Positions 30,060 through 39,986 are shown, counted from the stretch's first letter. The stretch: 54,082 nt of DNA from Betaproteobacteria bacterium (GCA_009923755.1 RFSW01000002.1:1-54082); one strand, 5' to 3'. Notes: generated by a model not told the origin, from the sequence alone. Made by a program: numbers and translations.

Positions 30060-33000
30060 TCAATGAAAATCCCGCGAGGCGACCACCAGACCACCGAGTC
30101 GGTGGCTCAGATCGGTCAGTCGGCCAGCCAGCACATGCACCAGGGGGCCCGCGCGCTCGACGGTACCGGTCACGCCGAGCAGGCGCGCATGCAGCAGCGG
30201 CGCCCGCTGTGCCTCGGCGGTGCTAGCCCGGACGATGATATTGGCGGAGCCGGTCTCGTCTTCCAGCGTGACAAAGATGACGCCGCTGGCGGTGCCCGGC
30301 CGCTGCCGGCAGGTGACCAGCCCGGCGACGCGGCAGACAGCGCCGGCGCGCGCTGCGCCAAGTTCGGCAGCAGTGGCCCAGCGTGCACGCTTTAGGCCGG
30401 GGCGCAGCAAGGCGAGCGGATGGCGCCCAAGATTGACGCCGGTGTGACGGTAACTCGCGACGATCTCGCTGCCTTCGGTGGGGGTGGGCAATTGCGGCGC
30501 AGCGAGATCGCCAGGTGCATGGAACAACGCCGCTGCTGGCTCGACGCCGGCCACCAGCCAGCGCGCGTGGTGGCGGTCACGGCTAAGCCCGGCCAGCGCC
30601 CCGGCCGCAGCCAGCGCACCGATGTCGCGGCGGTCCAATGCGGCGCGCCGCGCCAGATCATCGACACTGTCAAAGGCTCTCACCGAGCGCGCCGCCAACA
30701 GCCGGGTCATCGCCTCGGCCGTGAGCCCTTGCACCCGATTCAGTCCAAGGCGCAGCGCTGGCTGCGCGGCATCCGGCGGCTCGAGCGCGCACTGTGCGCT
30801 GCTCACCCTTACATCCACCGGTAGCACGCGCACCCCGCGCCGACGCGCATCGTCGACAATCTGCGCCGGGCTGTAGAAGCCGAGCGGCTGGCAGTCGAGC
30901 AGCGCCGCAGCAAAGGCTGCCGGGTGGTGACACTTGAGCCAGGCCGAGGCATAGACCAGCAGGGCAAAACTCGCCGCATGGCTCTCGGGGAAGCCATAGC
31001 TGCCAAAACCCTTGATCTGCTCGAACAGGCGATCGGCAAAGTCGGGGGCATAGCCGCGTTCTGCCATGCCCTGCTTAAGCCGCTGCTCGAAGTGGCCGAG
31101 ACCGCCGCGCGCCTTCCACGCTGCCATCGCCCGGCGCAACTGGTCGGCCTCGCCAGCGGTGAAACCCGCCGCGACCATGGCCAGTTGCATCACCTGTTCC
31201 TGGAAGATCGGCACGCCCAGCGTGCGCTCGAGTACATGACGCACATCCGGTGAGGGGTAGGTGACCAGCTCCAAGCCCTGCTTGCGGCGCAGGTAGGGGT
31301 GCACCATGCCGCCCTGGATCGGCCCGGGGCGGACGATCGCCACCTCGATGACGAGGTCGTAGAAAGTCGCCGGCTTGAGCCGCGGCAGCATGTTCATCTG
31401 CGCCCGCGATTCGACCTGGAACACACCCAGACTCTCGCCCCGCTGCAGCATGGCATAGGTGGCCGGGTCTTCGGCCGGGATACTGTGGAGCGCCAACTCC
31501 CGGCCGTGCCAGTCGGGGTGCGGCCGCAGCAGGTCAAGGCCGCGCCGCAGCGCCGAGAGCATGCCCAGCGCCAACACGTCGACCTTGAGCAGGCCGAGCG
31601 CCTCAAGGTCGTCCTTGTCCCACTGGATCACCGAGCGGCCGGCCATACGTGCGTTCTCCACCGGCACCAGCTCATGCAGCGGCCCGCGTGAGATGACGAA
31701 GCCGCCGACATGCTGCGACAGGTGGCGCGGCAAGCCGATGAGGCGCGCAGCGAGCTTGAGCCAAAGACAGACGAGCCGATCGCCCGCCTCCAGACCCGCC
31801 TCAGCGATGGCCTCCGGTGGCACCAGGTCGTGGTCCCAGCGTGCCAGCCCGGCACAGACGCGATCGACCGCGCCAGGATCGATGCCAAGTGCGCGACCCG
31901 CATCGCGCAGCCCACTGCGACGACGGTAGCGGATCACCGTGGCCGCCAGCGCCGCCCGGTCGCGGCCGTACTTGTCGTAGATGTAGGCGATCACCTCGTC
32001 GCGCCGCTGGTGCTCGAAGTCGACGTCGATGTCCGGCGGCTCGTCGCGTTCCTTGGAAATGAAGCGCTCGAAGAGCAGATTGCCGCGCGCCGGGTCGACA
32101 GCGGTGATGCCCAGGCAATAACAGACAGCCGAATTGGCGGCCGAGCCGCGCCCCTGGCAGAGGATGCCGCGGCTGCGCGCGAAGCGGACGATGTCCTCGA
32201 CGGTGAGGAAGAAGTGCGCGTAGCGGAGTTCGGCGATCAGGCGCAATTCGGCCTCGATCTGCTGGCGAACTGCGTCGATCACGGCGGGGCCCGCTGTACC
32301 GCCCTTGGTCGCAAACGGGCCTGTCCGCACGATGGCCCCCGCATCGACAGCCGCCGCAGGCGTCAGAGCCACACCGAAGCGCTCACCAAACCCGACCTCC
32401 GTCAATGCACGCAGGTGCTGGTCTGCCGTCAGCCCGGCCGGTACCAACTCTTCCGGGTACTCATAGCGCAGCGTCCCGGGGTCGAAACTGCAGCGCGCAG
32501 CGATGGCCAACGTCTCCGCCAGCCAGGCCGCCGGGAACAGAGCCGCCAGGCGCTCGCGAGGGCGCAGATGCCGTTCGGCATTGGCGTCGAGGGCAAAACC
32601 GGCCTCGTCCACCCGGCAGCCAAGGCGAATGGCCGTGAGGGTGTCGTGCAGTGGCTTGTCACGACGCTCAAGCATGACCACGTCACCGATAGCCACACAA
32701 GGCAGGCCGAGGTGCACGCCAAGCGCATCCCAATCATCGAGCCCCTCCAGTTCTTCGCCCCACAGCAGGCGACGCACGCCCAGCCATGCCCGGCCCGGCA
32801 TGCGCCCGACCAGTGGACCCGCCCTGTGAGCCAGAGCCGGCGTATCGGCAAACACCACCCCCAGACAACCGGGCGCACCTTCATCGAGGTGGGCCCAGGC
32901 AAGCGCATGACTCTGCTTGTCCCCGGCCATGCGCACCCGGCTGATGAGCCGACACAGCGTGGCGTAGCCTTGGCGGTCCTGCGCCAGCAATATCAGGTGC

Positions 33001-33245
33001 AAGTCGTCAGCCAACAGAAAGCGCGCGCCGGTGACGAGCGCAAGACCGGTCTCGCGCGCCGCCTGCCAGGCACGCACCAAACCACCCACCGAGCAGAGGT
33101 CGGTGAGCGCCAAGGCGCTGTAGCCGAGCGCATGCGCGCGGCGTATCAGGTCGTCGGGCTGGGCGGTGGCACGCAAAAAGCTGAACGCCGAAGCGCAGAC
33201 CAACTCGGCGTAAGCGGGCGGCGGATGCGGATCAGGTCCAGACAC
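30060..33245 (-). CDS. dnaE2: error-prone DNA polymerase DnaE2 (Pol III alpha-like, ImuC)
   Basis: 1061 aa with a GTG start at 33245. N-terminal PHP region AYAELVCASAFSFLRATAQPDDLIRRAHALGYSALALTDLCSVGG, followed by Pol III alpha core motifs. An SOS box lies immediately upstream. Confidence 0.92.
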   Translation of the reverse strand: MSGPDPHPPPAYAELVCASAFSFLRATAQPDDLIRRAHALGYSALALTDLCSVGGLVRAWQAARETGLALVTGARFLLADDLHLILLAQDRQGYATLCRLISRVRMAGDKQSHALAWAHLDEGAPGCLGVVFADTPALAHRAGPLVGRMPGRAWLGVRRLLWGEELEGLDDWDALGVHLGLPCVAIGDVVMLERRDKPLHDTLTAIRLGCRVDEAGFALDANAERHLRPRERLAALFPAAWLAETLAIAARCSFDPGTLRYEYPEELVPAGLTADQHLRALTEVGFGERFGVALTPAAAVDAGAIVRTGPFATKGGTAGPAVIDAVRQQIEAELRLIAELRYAHFFLTVEDIVRFARSRGILCQGRGSAANSAVCYCLGITAVDPARGNLLFERFISKERDEPPDIDVDFEHQRRDEVIAYIYDKYGRDRAALAATVIRYRRRSGLRDAGRALGIDPGAVDRVCAGLARWDHDLVPPEAIAEAGLEAGDRLVCLWLKLAARLIGLPRHLSQHVGGFVISRGPLHELVPVENARMAGRSVIQWDKDDLEALGLLKVDVLALGMLSALRRGLDLLRPHPDWHGRELALHSIPAEDPATYAMLQRGESLGVFQVESRAQMNMLPRLKPATFYDLVIEVAIVRPGPIQGGMVHPYLRRKQGLELVTYPSPDVRHVLERTLGVPIFQEQVMQLAMVAAGFTAGEADQLRRAMAAWKARGGLGHFEQRLKQGMAERGYAPDFADRLFEQIKGFGSYGFPESHAASFALLVYASAWLKCHHPAAFAAALLDCQPLGFYSPAQIVDDARRRGVRVLPVDVRVSSAQCALEPPDAAQPALRLGLNRVQGLTAEAMTRLLAARSVRAFDSVDDLARRAALDRRDIGALAAAGALAGLSRDRHHARWLVAGVEPAAALFHAPGDLAAPQLPTPTEGSEIVASYRHTGVNLGRHPLALLRPGLKRARWATAAELGAARAGAVCRVAGLVTCRQRPGTASGVIFVTLEDETGSANIIVRASTAEAQRAPLLHARLLGVTGTVERAGPLVHVLAGRLTDLSHRLGGLVVASRDFH

Positions 33246-33267
33246 GGCGGATGGGCATTGCTGCCAT

Positions 33268-33287
33268 TACTGTTAATTATGACAGTA
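33268..33287. promoter_or_regulatory. LexA (SOS) box TACTGT-N8-ACAGTA
   Basis: TACTGTTAATTATGACAGTA is read directly and matches the beta/gamma-proteobacterial CTGT-N8-ACAG consensus on both half-sites. It lies 23 nt from the dnaE2 GTG and 25 nt from the mobB ATG. Confidence 0.8.
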
Positions 33288-33311
33288 TAAGCCCGCTGCT
33301 AAGATGCGCTC

Positions 33312-33836
33312 ATGGCCCTTGTTCAGACTTCCGTGTTCGGCTTCGCCGGCTTCTCCGGCAGTGGCAAGACCACGCTGATCGAACGCGTCATTCCGCTGCT
33401 GGTCGCGCGCGGGCTGCGGGTCTCGCTGCTCAAGCACGCGCACCATGACTTCGACATCGACAAACCCGGCAAGGACAGCCACCGCCACCGCGAGGCTGGC
33501 GCCATGGAGGTGCTGGTGAGTGGCGGCAAACGCTGGGCGCTGATGCATGAGTTGCGTGGCGCGCCGGAACCCGGCCTTGCCGACCTGCTGGCACACCTCT
33601 CCCCCTGCGACCTGGTGCTGGTCGAGGGCTTCAAACACGATCCACTGCCCAAGCTCGAGGTGCACCGGCCGGCGCTGGGTCACGCCTTGCTGGCAGCCAC
33701 CGACCCGCTCATCGTCGGCATCGCCAGCGATACACCGGTGGCCTCGCCGCTGCCGCAGATCGATCTCAACGACCCGGCAGCGGTGGCCGACTTCGTGCTG
33801 GCGCACGCCGCCCGACCGCCCACCAAGAGCCCCTGA
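33312..33836 (+). CDS. mobB: molybdopterin-guanine dinucleotide biosynthesis adaptor MobB
   Basis: 174 aa. P-loop FAGFSGSGKTTLIERV and ...LLKHAHHDFDIDKPGKDSHRHREAGA. Confidence 0.9.
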   Translation: MALVQTSVFGFAGFSGSGKTTLIERVIPLLVARGLRVSLLKHAHHDFDIDKPGKDSHRHREAGAMEVLVSGGKRWALMHELRGAPEPGLADLLAHLSPCDLVLVEGFKHDPLPKLEVHRPALGHALLAATDPLIVGIASDTPVASPLPQIDLNDPAAVADFVLAHAARPPTKSP

Positions 33837-33840
33837 CACC

Positions 33841-34092
33841 ATGCCCACCCTGCTCTACTTCGCCCGCCTGCGCGAGACCTTCGGTGTCGAACGCGAGCAG
33901 GTGCCGCTGCCGGCGCCGGCCAGCGTGGCCGGCCTGCTCGACGCCCTGCGCGCGCGGGGGAGCGTCTGGGCGACCGAGCTCGCGCCCGGCCGCGCCTTCC
34001 GCGTGGCGGTGAATCAGCGTGTCGCCAATGCCGAAACGGCCGTCGCCGACACCGACGAGATCGCCATCTTCCCGCCGGTCACCGGCGGCTAG
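33841..34092 (+). CDS. moaD: molybdopterin synthase sulfur-carrier subunit MoaD
   Basis: ATG 33841 lies inside the longer track ORF 33547..34092. 83 aa, MPTLLYFARLRETFG...DEIAIFPPVTGG, with the diagnostic C-terminal GG. Confidence 0.88.
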   Translation: MPTLLYFARLRETFGVEREQVPLPAPASVAGLLDALRARGSVWATELAPGRAFRVAVNQRVANAETAVADTDEIAIFPPVTGG

Positions 34093-34104
34093 GGCAATCA
34101 GGCC

Positions 34105-34584
34105 ATGCACCCTGCCGACAGCGTCCGCGTCCAGACCGCGCCCTTCGACATCGGCGACGAACACGCACGCATCGCAGCGCTCAGCCATGCCACCGGCGCC
34201 ATCGCCAGCTTCACCGGACTGATGCGCGACACCAACGAAGGCGATGCAGTGCGCGCCATGACGCTCGAGCACTACCCGGGCATGACCGAAGCGGCACTTG
34301 TGGAAATCGTCACGGATGCACGCAAAAGATGGGCACTGCAGGCGGTGACGGTGGTCCATCGTGTGGGCACGCTGCTGCCCGGAGAAGCCATCGTGCTGGT
34401 GCTCACCGCATCGGCACACCGTGGCGAAGCCTTTTCCGCCTGCGAATTCATCATGGACTACCTCAAGACCCGCGCACCGTTCTGGAAGAAGGAAGAGACA
34501 CCGGCGGGGAGCCGCTGGGTCGACGCGCGTGCCAGCGACGACGACGCGGCAGCGCGCTGGATCGATGATGGAGTGACCGACTGA
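34105..34584 (+). CDS. moaE: molybdopterin synthase catalytic subunit MoaE
   Basis: 159 aa. Motifs GAIASFTGLMRD...LEHYPGMTE...VVHRVGTLLPGEAIVLVLTASAHRGEAF...LKTRAPFWKKE. Confidence 0.92.
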   Translation: MHPADSVRVQTAPFDIGDEHARIAALSHATGAIASFTGLMRDTNEGDAVRAMTLEHYPGMTEAALVEIVTDARKRWALQAVTVVHRVGTLLPGEAIVLVLTASAHRGEAFSACEFIMDYLKTRAPFWKKEETPAGSRWVDARASDDDAAARWIDDGVTD

Positions 34585-35147
34585 TGGGCATGTTCGACTG
34601 GATCGTCCGCGCTGGCATCCAGGATGCCAGCGCTCAACTGCTGCCACAGCGCATCGATCTACCGGCCGTCGACAGCAACTGGACGGTGGAATGGCGGCCC
34701 GAACGCAACGCCGGACTCGACTGCTCGAGAGCATCGAACCACATCACTCTGGGCCATACACACGCACTCGACGCAGTCAGCAATCTGCAGCACTGGCTCA
34801 AACTCGAAGCCAGACGACATTTGCCGGATTGGCTGGCGGTCGTGGCGGAGGACACCGGCCATCGCTACCAGCGCGTCAGCGTGCGCCTGCAGCGCGGCCG
34901 CTGGGGCAGTTGCAGCAGCCGCGGCACCATCAGCCTGAACGCCAAATTGCTGATGCTACCGCCCGATGCGGTCCGCTACGTGCTGGTGCACGAGTTGTGC
35001 CACACCCTGCACATGAATCACTCGGCGGCCTTCTGGGCGGAAGTGACGCGACACCAACCCGATTGGCGCCAACAGGCCAGACATATCCGCACCTTGCATC
35101 GAGGCTTGCCGGCGTGGACACAGGTGGCTACCCGTCCGGGCAAGTGA
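34584..35147 (+). CDS. YgjP-like (DUF45/M48-type) zinc metallohydrolase
   Basis: 187 aa. The start overlaps the moaE stop (TGATG). Motifs RWGSCSSRGTISLNAKLLMLP and the HExxH motif VLVHELCHTLHMNHSAAFW. Confidence 0.8.
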   Translation: MGMFDWIVRAGIQDASAQLLPQRIDLPAVDSNWTVEWRPERNAGLDCSRASNHITLGHTHALDAVSNLQHWLKLEARRHLPDWLAVVAEDTGHRYQRVSVRLQRGRWGSCSSRGTISLNAKLLMLPPDAVRYVLVHELCHTLHMNHSAAFWAEVTRHQPDWRQQARHIRTLHRGLPAWTQVATRPGK

Positions 35148-35172
35148 CCCCGGGGTAGACATCGCCGCGGCT

Positions 35173-35940
35173 TCAGCGACTGATCTCGGCCCACACCGGC
35201 GCGTGATCAGACGGCCGCTCATGCCTGCGCGGGCCCGTATCGATGCCGGCTGCGGCACACCGCGCTGCCAGTGCCGGCGTGAGCAGGATATGGTCGATGC
35301 GCAGGCCGAGGTTGCGGCGGAAACCACCCTGCCGGTAGTCCCACCAAGAGAAGCTCGCAGGCGGCTGCTCGAACAGGCGATAACTGTCGGTCAGACCTAG
35401 CTCAAGCAAGCGCCGAAACGCATCGCGCTCCGGCGCCGAACACAACACCTGCCCGGCCCATAGCGCCGGATCGTGCACGTCGCGGTCCTCCGGGGCAATG
35501 TTGTAGTCGCCCAGAAGGGCGAGTTGTGCGTGAGCGCCCACTTCGCCCTTGAGCCACTCCAGAAGAGCCTGCAGCCAGGCCAGCTTGTAGGCGTACTTGT
35601 CGCTGCCGACCGCCTGACCGTTCGGCATGTAGGCGCAGACCACGCGCACCCCGTCCACCGTGCCGGCGATCAGCCGCTTCTGCTCGTCAGCGAATCCGGG
35701 AATGCCGGCCTGCACGTGCTCGATGGCATGCGGGCTGACGATCGCGACGCCGTTGTAGGTCTTCTGCCCGGCATACGCGACCTGCCAACCCGCACCGCGA
35801 AAGGCCTCGAGCGGAAAGTTTGCGTCCTCGAGCTTGGTCTCCTGCAGACACAGCGCATCTGGCTGGTGCTGCGCCAGCCACTCGAGCACCTGGTCGAGCC
35901 TCACCTTGAGCGAATTGACGTTCCAAGCGGCGAGCTTCAT
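35173..35940 (-). CDS. xthA: exodeoxyribonuclease III
   Basis: 255 aa. [22 protein letters not shown]...ALCLQETK...IDHILLT...[10 protein letters not shown]. Confidence 0.93.
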   Translation of the reverse strand: MKLAAWNVNSLKVRLDQVLEWLAQHQPDALCLQETKLEDANFPLEAFRGAGWQVAYAGQKTYNGVAIVSPHAIEHVQAGIPGFADEQKRLIAGTVDGVRVVCAYMPNGQAVGSDKYAYKLAWLQALLEWLKGEVGAHAQLALLGDYNIAPEDRDVHDPALWAGQVLCSAPERDAFRRLLELGLTDSYRLFEQPPASFSWWDYRQGGFRRNLGLRIDHILLTPALAARCAAAGIDTGPRRHERPSDHAPVWAEISR

Positions 35941-35992
35941 GACAGATCACGAGCCTGCGAGCGTGGACCGGTGAGCGGTGACACGCAGGCGG

Positions 35993-38029
35993 TCAAGCCT
36001 GGCCGGTCATGCCGTTGTGCCGCAACAGCGGCTCCAGACTCGGCTCACGCCCGCGGAAAGCCTTGAACGACTCGATAGCCGGTCGCGAGCCGCCAACCGC
36101 CAGGATCTCCCGCCAGAAGCGCTGGCCGACCTCGGCGTTGAGCCCGCCGGCCTCTTCGAAGGCAGCGTAGGCGTCGGCCGAAAGCACCTCGGCCCACTTG
36201 TAGCTGTAGTAGCCCGCCGCATACCCGCCAGCGAAGATGTGGCTGAAGTTGTTGGGAAAACGGTTGAACTCGGGCGGATGTACCACCGCCACTTCGGCGC
36301 GGATCTCGCGCAGGATCTCCATCGCGCTGCGACCCGGCGCCTCACCGTGCAGTTGCATGTCGAACAGCGCGAATTCGATCTGGCGCAAAGTCATCATGCC
36401 GCTCTGGAAATTCCTTGCAGCCACCATCTTGTCGTAAAGCGCGCGCGGCAGCGGCTCGCCGGTCTCCACGTGGGCAGTCATGCCCTGCAGCACGCCCCAT
36501 TCCCAGCAGAAGTTCTCCATGAACTGGCTCGGCAGCTCAACCGCGTCCCATTCGACGCCATGGATGCCCGAAACGCCCAAATCCTCGATCTGCGTGAGCA
36601 AGTGGTGCAGCCCGTGGCCGAACTCATGGAACAGGGTGATCACCTCGTCGTGGGTGAACAGCGCCGGTTTACCGTCCACCGGGCCCGAGAAATTGCAGGT
36701 GAGATAGGTCACCGGCGTCTGGATGCCCGCACCGGCGCGTCGTCGCGAGATGGCATCGTCCATCCAGGCACCGCCCCGCTTGCTCGGCCGAGCATAAAGG
36801 TCGAGGTAAAACTGCCCGACCAGCGTGCCATCGCGGTCGGTGAGCTTGTAGAAGCGCACGTCGGGGTGCCACACCGGCGCGCTGTCCGGCATCACGAACA
36901 GCCCATAGAGACCCTCAATCACACCAAACAGGCCCTCGAGCACCTTGGGTTCAGGGAAGTACTGCTTAACCTCCTGATCGGAGAAGGCGTAACGCGCCAC
37001 CCGCAGCTTCTCCGCGGCATAGGCGACATCCCACGCTTCGAGCGCGTCGATGCCGAGTGACTCGACGGCGAATTCGCTCAGTTCCGCCATGTCGCGCTCG
37101 CCGTAGGGCTTGGCACGCGCAGCCAGGTCGCGCAAGAAGCCGGTCACCTGCACTGGACTCTCGGCCATCTTCGGCTCGAGCGAGACCTCGGCATAATTAC
37201 CAAAGCCCAGCAGTTGCGCCTCCTCGTGGCGCAGACCGACGATGCGGCGGATGAGATCGGTGTTGTCCCAATCCGGCTTGCCGAACTCGCTGGCCCGGGT
37301 GGCGTAGGCCCGGTAGATCTCGGCGCGCAAGGCGCGATCGTCGGCGTACTGCATCACCGGCAGGTAGCTCGGCGCATGCAGCGTGACCTTGAAGCCCGGC
37401 TTGCCATCGCGCTCAGCGGCAGCGCGCGCGGCGCTGATCACGTCTTCGGGCAAGCCGGACAGACGCGCCACATCCTCGGTGAACCAACCAAAATCGTTGG
37501 TGGCATCGAGAAGGTTCTCCTCGAACTTGGCCGACAGGCTGGCCAGCTCTTCCTGGATCGCAGCAAAGCGGGCTTTCTGGTCCGCCGGCAGTTCGGCACC
37601 GCCGAGGCGAAAATCACGCAGCTCATTGTCGAGGATCTTGCGGCGCGGCGCGGTCAGGCGCGTCCACTCCGGACCCTCGCGCATCGCCTTGTAGCGCTGA
37701 TGCAATCGATCGTCCTGACCAAGGCTGGCGTAGAACGCGCTGACCTTGGGCAGTACAGCGTTGTAGGCCTCGCGCAATTCCGGGCTGTTCATCACCGAAT
37801 TGAGATGCGCCACCACGCCCCAGCTGCGTCCCAGCCGCTCCAGCGCCTCCTCCATCGGCTCGACCAGGTTCTGCCAGGTCGGCGACTCCACGACGGCAGC
37901 GCACTCGACGGCCGCGCGCGCCTCCTCGAGCAAGGCCTCGATGGCAGGCACCACATGCTCGGGGTGGATGCGATCGAAGGCCGGGAGACCACGCGGGTGG
38001 CGGAGAGGGTTGCTGTCATTGGGGCTCAT
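35993..38029 (-). CDS. prlC: oligopeptidase A (M3 family)
   Basis: Track ORF trimmed to ATG 38029 (MSPNDSNPL...). Zinc motif TLFHEFGHGLHHLLT. Confidence 0.93.
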   Translation of the reverse strand: MSPNDSNPLRHPRGLPAFDRIHPEHVVPAIEALLEEARAAVECAAVVESPTWQNLVEPMEEALERLGRSWGVVAHLNSVMNSPELREAYNAVLPKVSAFYASLGQDDRLHQRYKAMREGPEWTRLTAPRRKILDNELRDFRLGGAELPADQKARFAAIQEELASLSAKFEENLLDATNDFGWFTEDVARLSGLPEDVISAARAAAERDGKPGFKVTLHAPSYLPVMQYADDRALRAEIYRAYATRASEFGKPDWDNTDLIRRIVGLRHEEAQLLGFGNYAEVSLEPKMAESPVQVTGFLRDLAARAKPYGERDMAELSEFAVESLGIDALEAWDVAYAAEKLRVARYAFSDQEVKQYFPEPKVLEGLFGVIEGLYGLFVMPDSAPVWHPDVRFYKLTDRDGTLVGQFYLDLYARPSKRGGAWMDDAISRRRAGAGIQTPVTYLTCNFSGPVDGKPALFTHDEVITLFHEFGHGLHHLLTQIEDLGVSGIHGVEWDAVELPSQFMENFCWEWGVLQGMTAHVETGEPLPRALYDKMVAARNFQSGMMTLRQIEFALFDMQLHGEAPGRSAMEILREIRAEVAVVHPPEFNRFPNNFSHIFAGGYAAGYYSYKWAEVLSADAYAAFEEAGGLNAEVGQRFWREILAVGGSRPAIESFKAFRGREPSLEPLLRHNGMTGQA

Positions 38030-38192
38030 GTACTTGTCCGTCAAGTGCGCCGACGCTGCAAAAGCGCCGGCTGGGGCCGCGCACGGGGCGCGCATCGCAG
38101 CTTGGAGCCAGCCGGCAGTCACATGTTCCGGAAGGCTTTTGCTGCACTGCGCCATTATACTTGGAGGTCATGCCAAGCCTCTGCGAGGATTC

Positions 38193-38738
38193 ATGAGTTC
38201 GGCCTCACGCATCCGCCCCTTCGAACAACACACACCGAGCATCGCCGCCAGCGCCTGGATCGATCCGAGTGCGGTGTTGATCGGCGATATCGAGATCGGC
38301 GCCGACGTTTCAGTGTGGTGCAACAGCGTGATACGCGCCGACGTGAACCGCATCCGCATTGGCGCCGGGAGCAACGTGCAAGACCTGTGCATGTTGCACG
38401 TGAGCACACCGGACCCGCTGCGCAAACCCGATGGCGCGCAACTCATCATCGGCGAACGTGTTTCAGTGGGGCACCAGTGCATCCTGCACGGCTGCACCCT
38501 TGAGGATGAGGTCCTGATCGGTATGGGCAGCATCGTCATGGACCACGCCGAAGTGCAGACGCACGTCATCGTTGGTGCCGGCAGCCTGGTTCCCGAGGGC
38601 AAGGTGCTGGAGAGCGGTCATCTCTACATGGGCCGGCCCGCCAAGTTGATGCGCGCGCTCACCGCGGCCGAACAGGCTTATTTCCCCCAACTCGCGGCCC
38701 ACTACGTCAAGCTCGCCAGGCGGCACGCCGGCAGCTGA
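38193..38738 (+). CDS. gamma-carbonic-anhydrase-like / hexapeptide-repeat (LbH) protein, YrdA/PaaY type
   Basis: ATG 38193 lies inside the longer track ORF 37800..38738. 181 aa with left-handed beta-helix repeats IGDIEIGADVSVWCNSVIRAD...IRIGAGSNVQD...IGERVSVGHQCILHGC. Confidence 0.85.
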   Translation: MSSASRIRPFEQHTPSIAASAWIDPSAVLIGDIEIGADVSVWCNSVIRADVNRIRIGAGSNVQDLCMLHVSTPDPLRKPDGAQLIIGERVSVGHQCILHGCTLEDEVLIGMGSIVMDHAEVQTHVIVGAGSLVPEGKVLESGHLYMGRPAKLMRALTAAEQAYFPQLAAHYVKLARRHAGS

Positions 38739-38743
38739 ACCAC

Positions 38744-38778
38744 GCGCCAACGCCGCCGCGCAAGGGCCGGCGTCGCGC
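38744..38778. terminator. GC-rich imperfect hairpin between the convergent gamma-CA-like gene and amtB (possible bidirectional terminator)
   Basis: GCGCC-aACGCCG...CGGCGT-c-GCGC is read directly. There is no clear U tract on either strand. Confidence 0.3.
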
Positions 38779-38783
38779 CCGCC

Positions 38784-39986
38784 CTACCAGCTCGATTCGC
38801 GCTCCGGCGAAGCGCTGACCTTGTGGATTGTCAGGTCGGCGCCCGCGTATTCTTCTTCGGGATCGAGACGCAATGGCGTCAGGAGGCGGATAGCGCCGTA
38901 CACGACGAGACCGCCCGCCAAGGCCATACCGACACCCGCCAGTGTGCCGACCACCTGCGCACCGAGCGCCACCGTCCCCAGCCCACCCAGCGCTTCGGCG
39001 CCAAAGATGCCCGCGGCGATACCGCCCCACGCCCCGCACAGGCCATGCAGCGGCCAGACGCCGAGGACATCGTCGATCTTCCAGCGGTTCTGCGTCAGCG
39101 TGAACAGTTGCACAAACAAGAACCCCGCGATCAAGCCCGTGATCAAGGCTCCAACCGGGTGCATGACGTCGGAGCCGGCACACACGGCCACCAGGCCGGC
39201 CAAGGGTCCGTTGTGCACGAAACCGGGGTCATTGCGGCCGACCAGCAACGCCGCCAGCGTGCCACCTACCATCGCCATCAGCGAATTGAGCGCCACCAGC
39301 CCGTTGACCACCTCGAGCTTCTGCGCACTCATCACGTTGAAACCGAACCAGCCCACCGAAAGGATCCATGCGCCAAGTGCGAGAAACGGGATGGACGAGG
39401 GCGGATGCGCCGCCATGCCACCGTCGCGGTTGTAGCGACCACGACGCGGACCCAGGAGCAATACGGCGCCGAGGGCGATCCAGCCACCCATCGCATGCAC
39501 CACCACGCTGCCGGCAAAGTCATGGAATGGTTGCCCGAACTGCGCCTGCAGCAGTGCTTGCAGGCCGAGATTGCCGTTCCACACGATGCCCTCGAAGAAG
39601 GGATAGACCACACCGACGATGAGGGCCGTGGCGATCAGCTGCGGGCCGAAGCGGGCGCGCTCGGCGATGCCGCCGGAGACGATGGCCGGAATGGCTGCGG
39701 CAAACGTGAGCAGAAAGAAGAACTTGACCAGGTCATACCCGCCATTCGCCACCAGGGTCTGGGCGCCGACAAGGAAACCCACCCCATAGGCGACGCCATA
39801 GCCGACGAAGAAGTAAGCGATGGTGGAGACGGAGAAATCGACAAGGATCTTGACCAGCGCATTCACTTGGTTCTTTCGCCGCACCGTGCCGACCTCAAGA
39901 AAAGCAAAGCCAGCGTGCATGGCCAGCACCATGATGGCGCCAAGCAGGATGAAGAGGACGTCGGAAGAGGTCTTGAAGGTGTCCAT
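38784..39986 (-). CDS. amtB: ammonium transporter (Amt family)
   Basis: Track ORF trimmed to ATG 39986 (MDTFKTSSDVLFILLGAIMVLAMHAGFAFLEVG...). Amt signatures DFAGSVVVHAMGGW and VWPLHGLCGAWGGIAAG. Confidence 0.93.
   Translation of the reverse strand: MDTFKTSSDVLFILLGAIMVLAMHAGFAFLEVGTVRRKNQVNALVKILVDFSVSTIAYFFVGYGVAYGVGFLVGAQTLVANGGYDLVKFFFLLTFAAAIPAIVSGGIAERARFGPQLIATALIVGVVYPFFEGIVWNGNLGLQALLQAQFGQPFHDFAGSVVVHAMGGWIALGAVLLLGPRRGRYNRDGGMAAHPPSSIPFLALGAWILSVGWFGFNVMSAQKLEVVNGLVALNSLMAMVGGTLAALLVGRNDPGFVHNGPLAGLVAVCAGSDVMHPVGALITGLIAGFLFVQLFTLTQNRWKIDDVLGVWPLHGLCGAWGGIAAGIFGAEALGGLGTVALGAQVVGTLAGVGMALAGGLVVYGAIRLLTPLRLDPEEEYAGADLTIHKVSASPERESSW

Noticed and set aside
38170-38196. An 8-codon upstream ORF (MPSLCEDS) whose stop overlaps the ATG of the gamma-CA-like gene (ATGA) and which follows GGAGG.
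   Set aside because: The GGAGG-to-ATG spacing is only 2-3 nt, too short for normal initiation. There is no other support. It is possibly coincidental.
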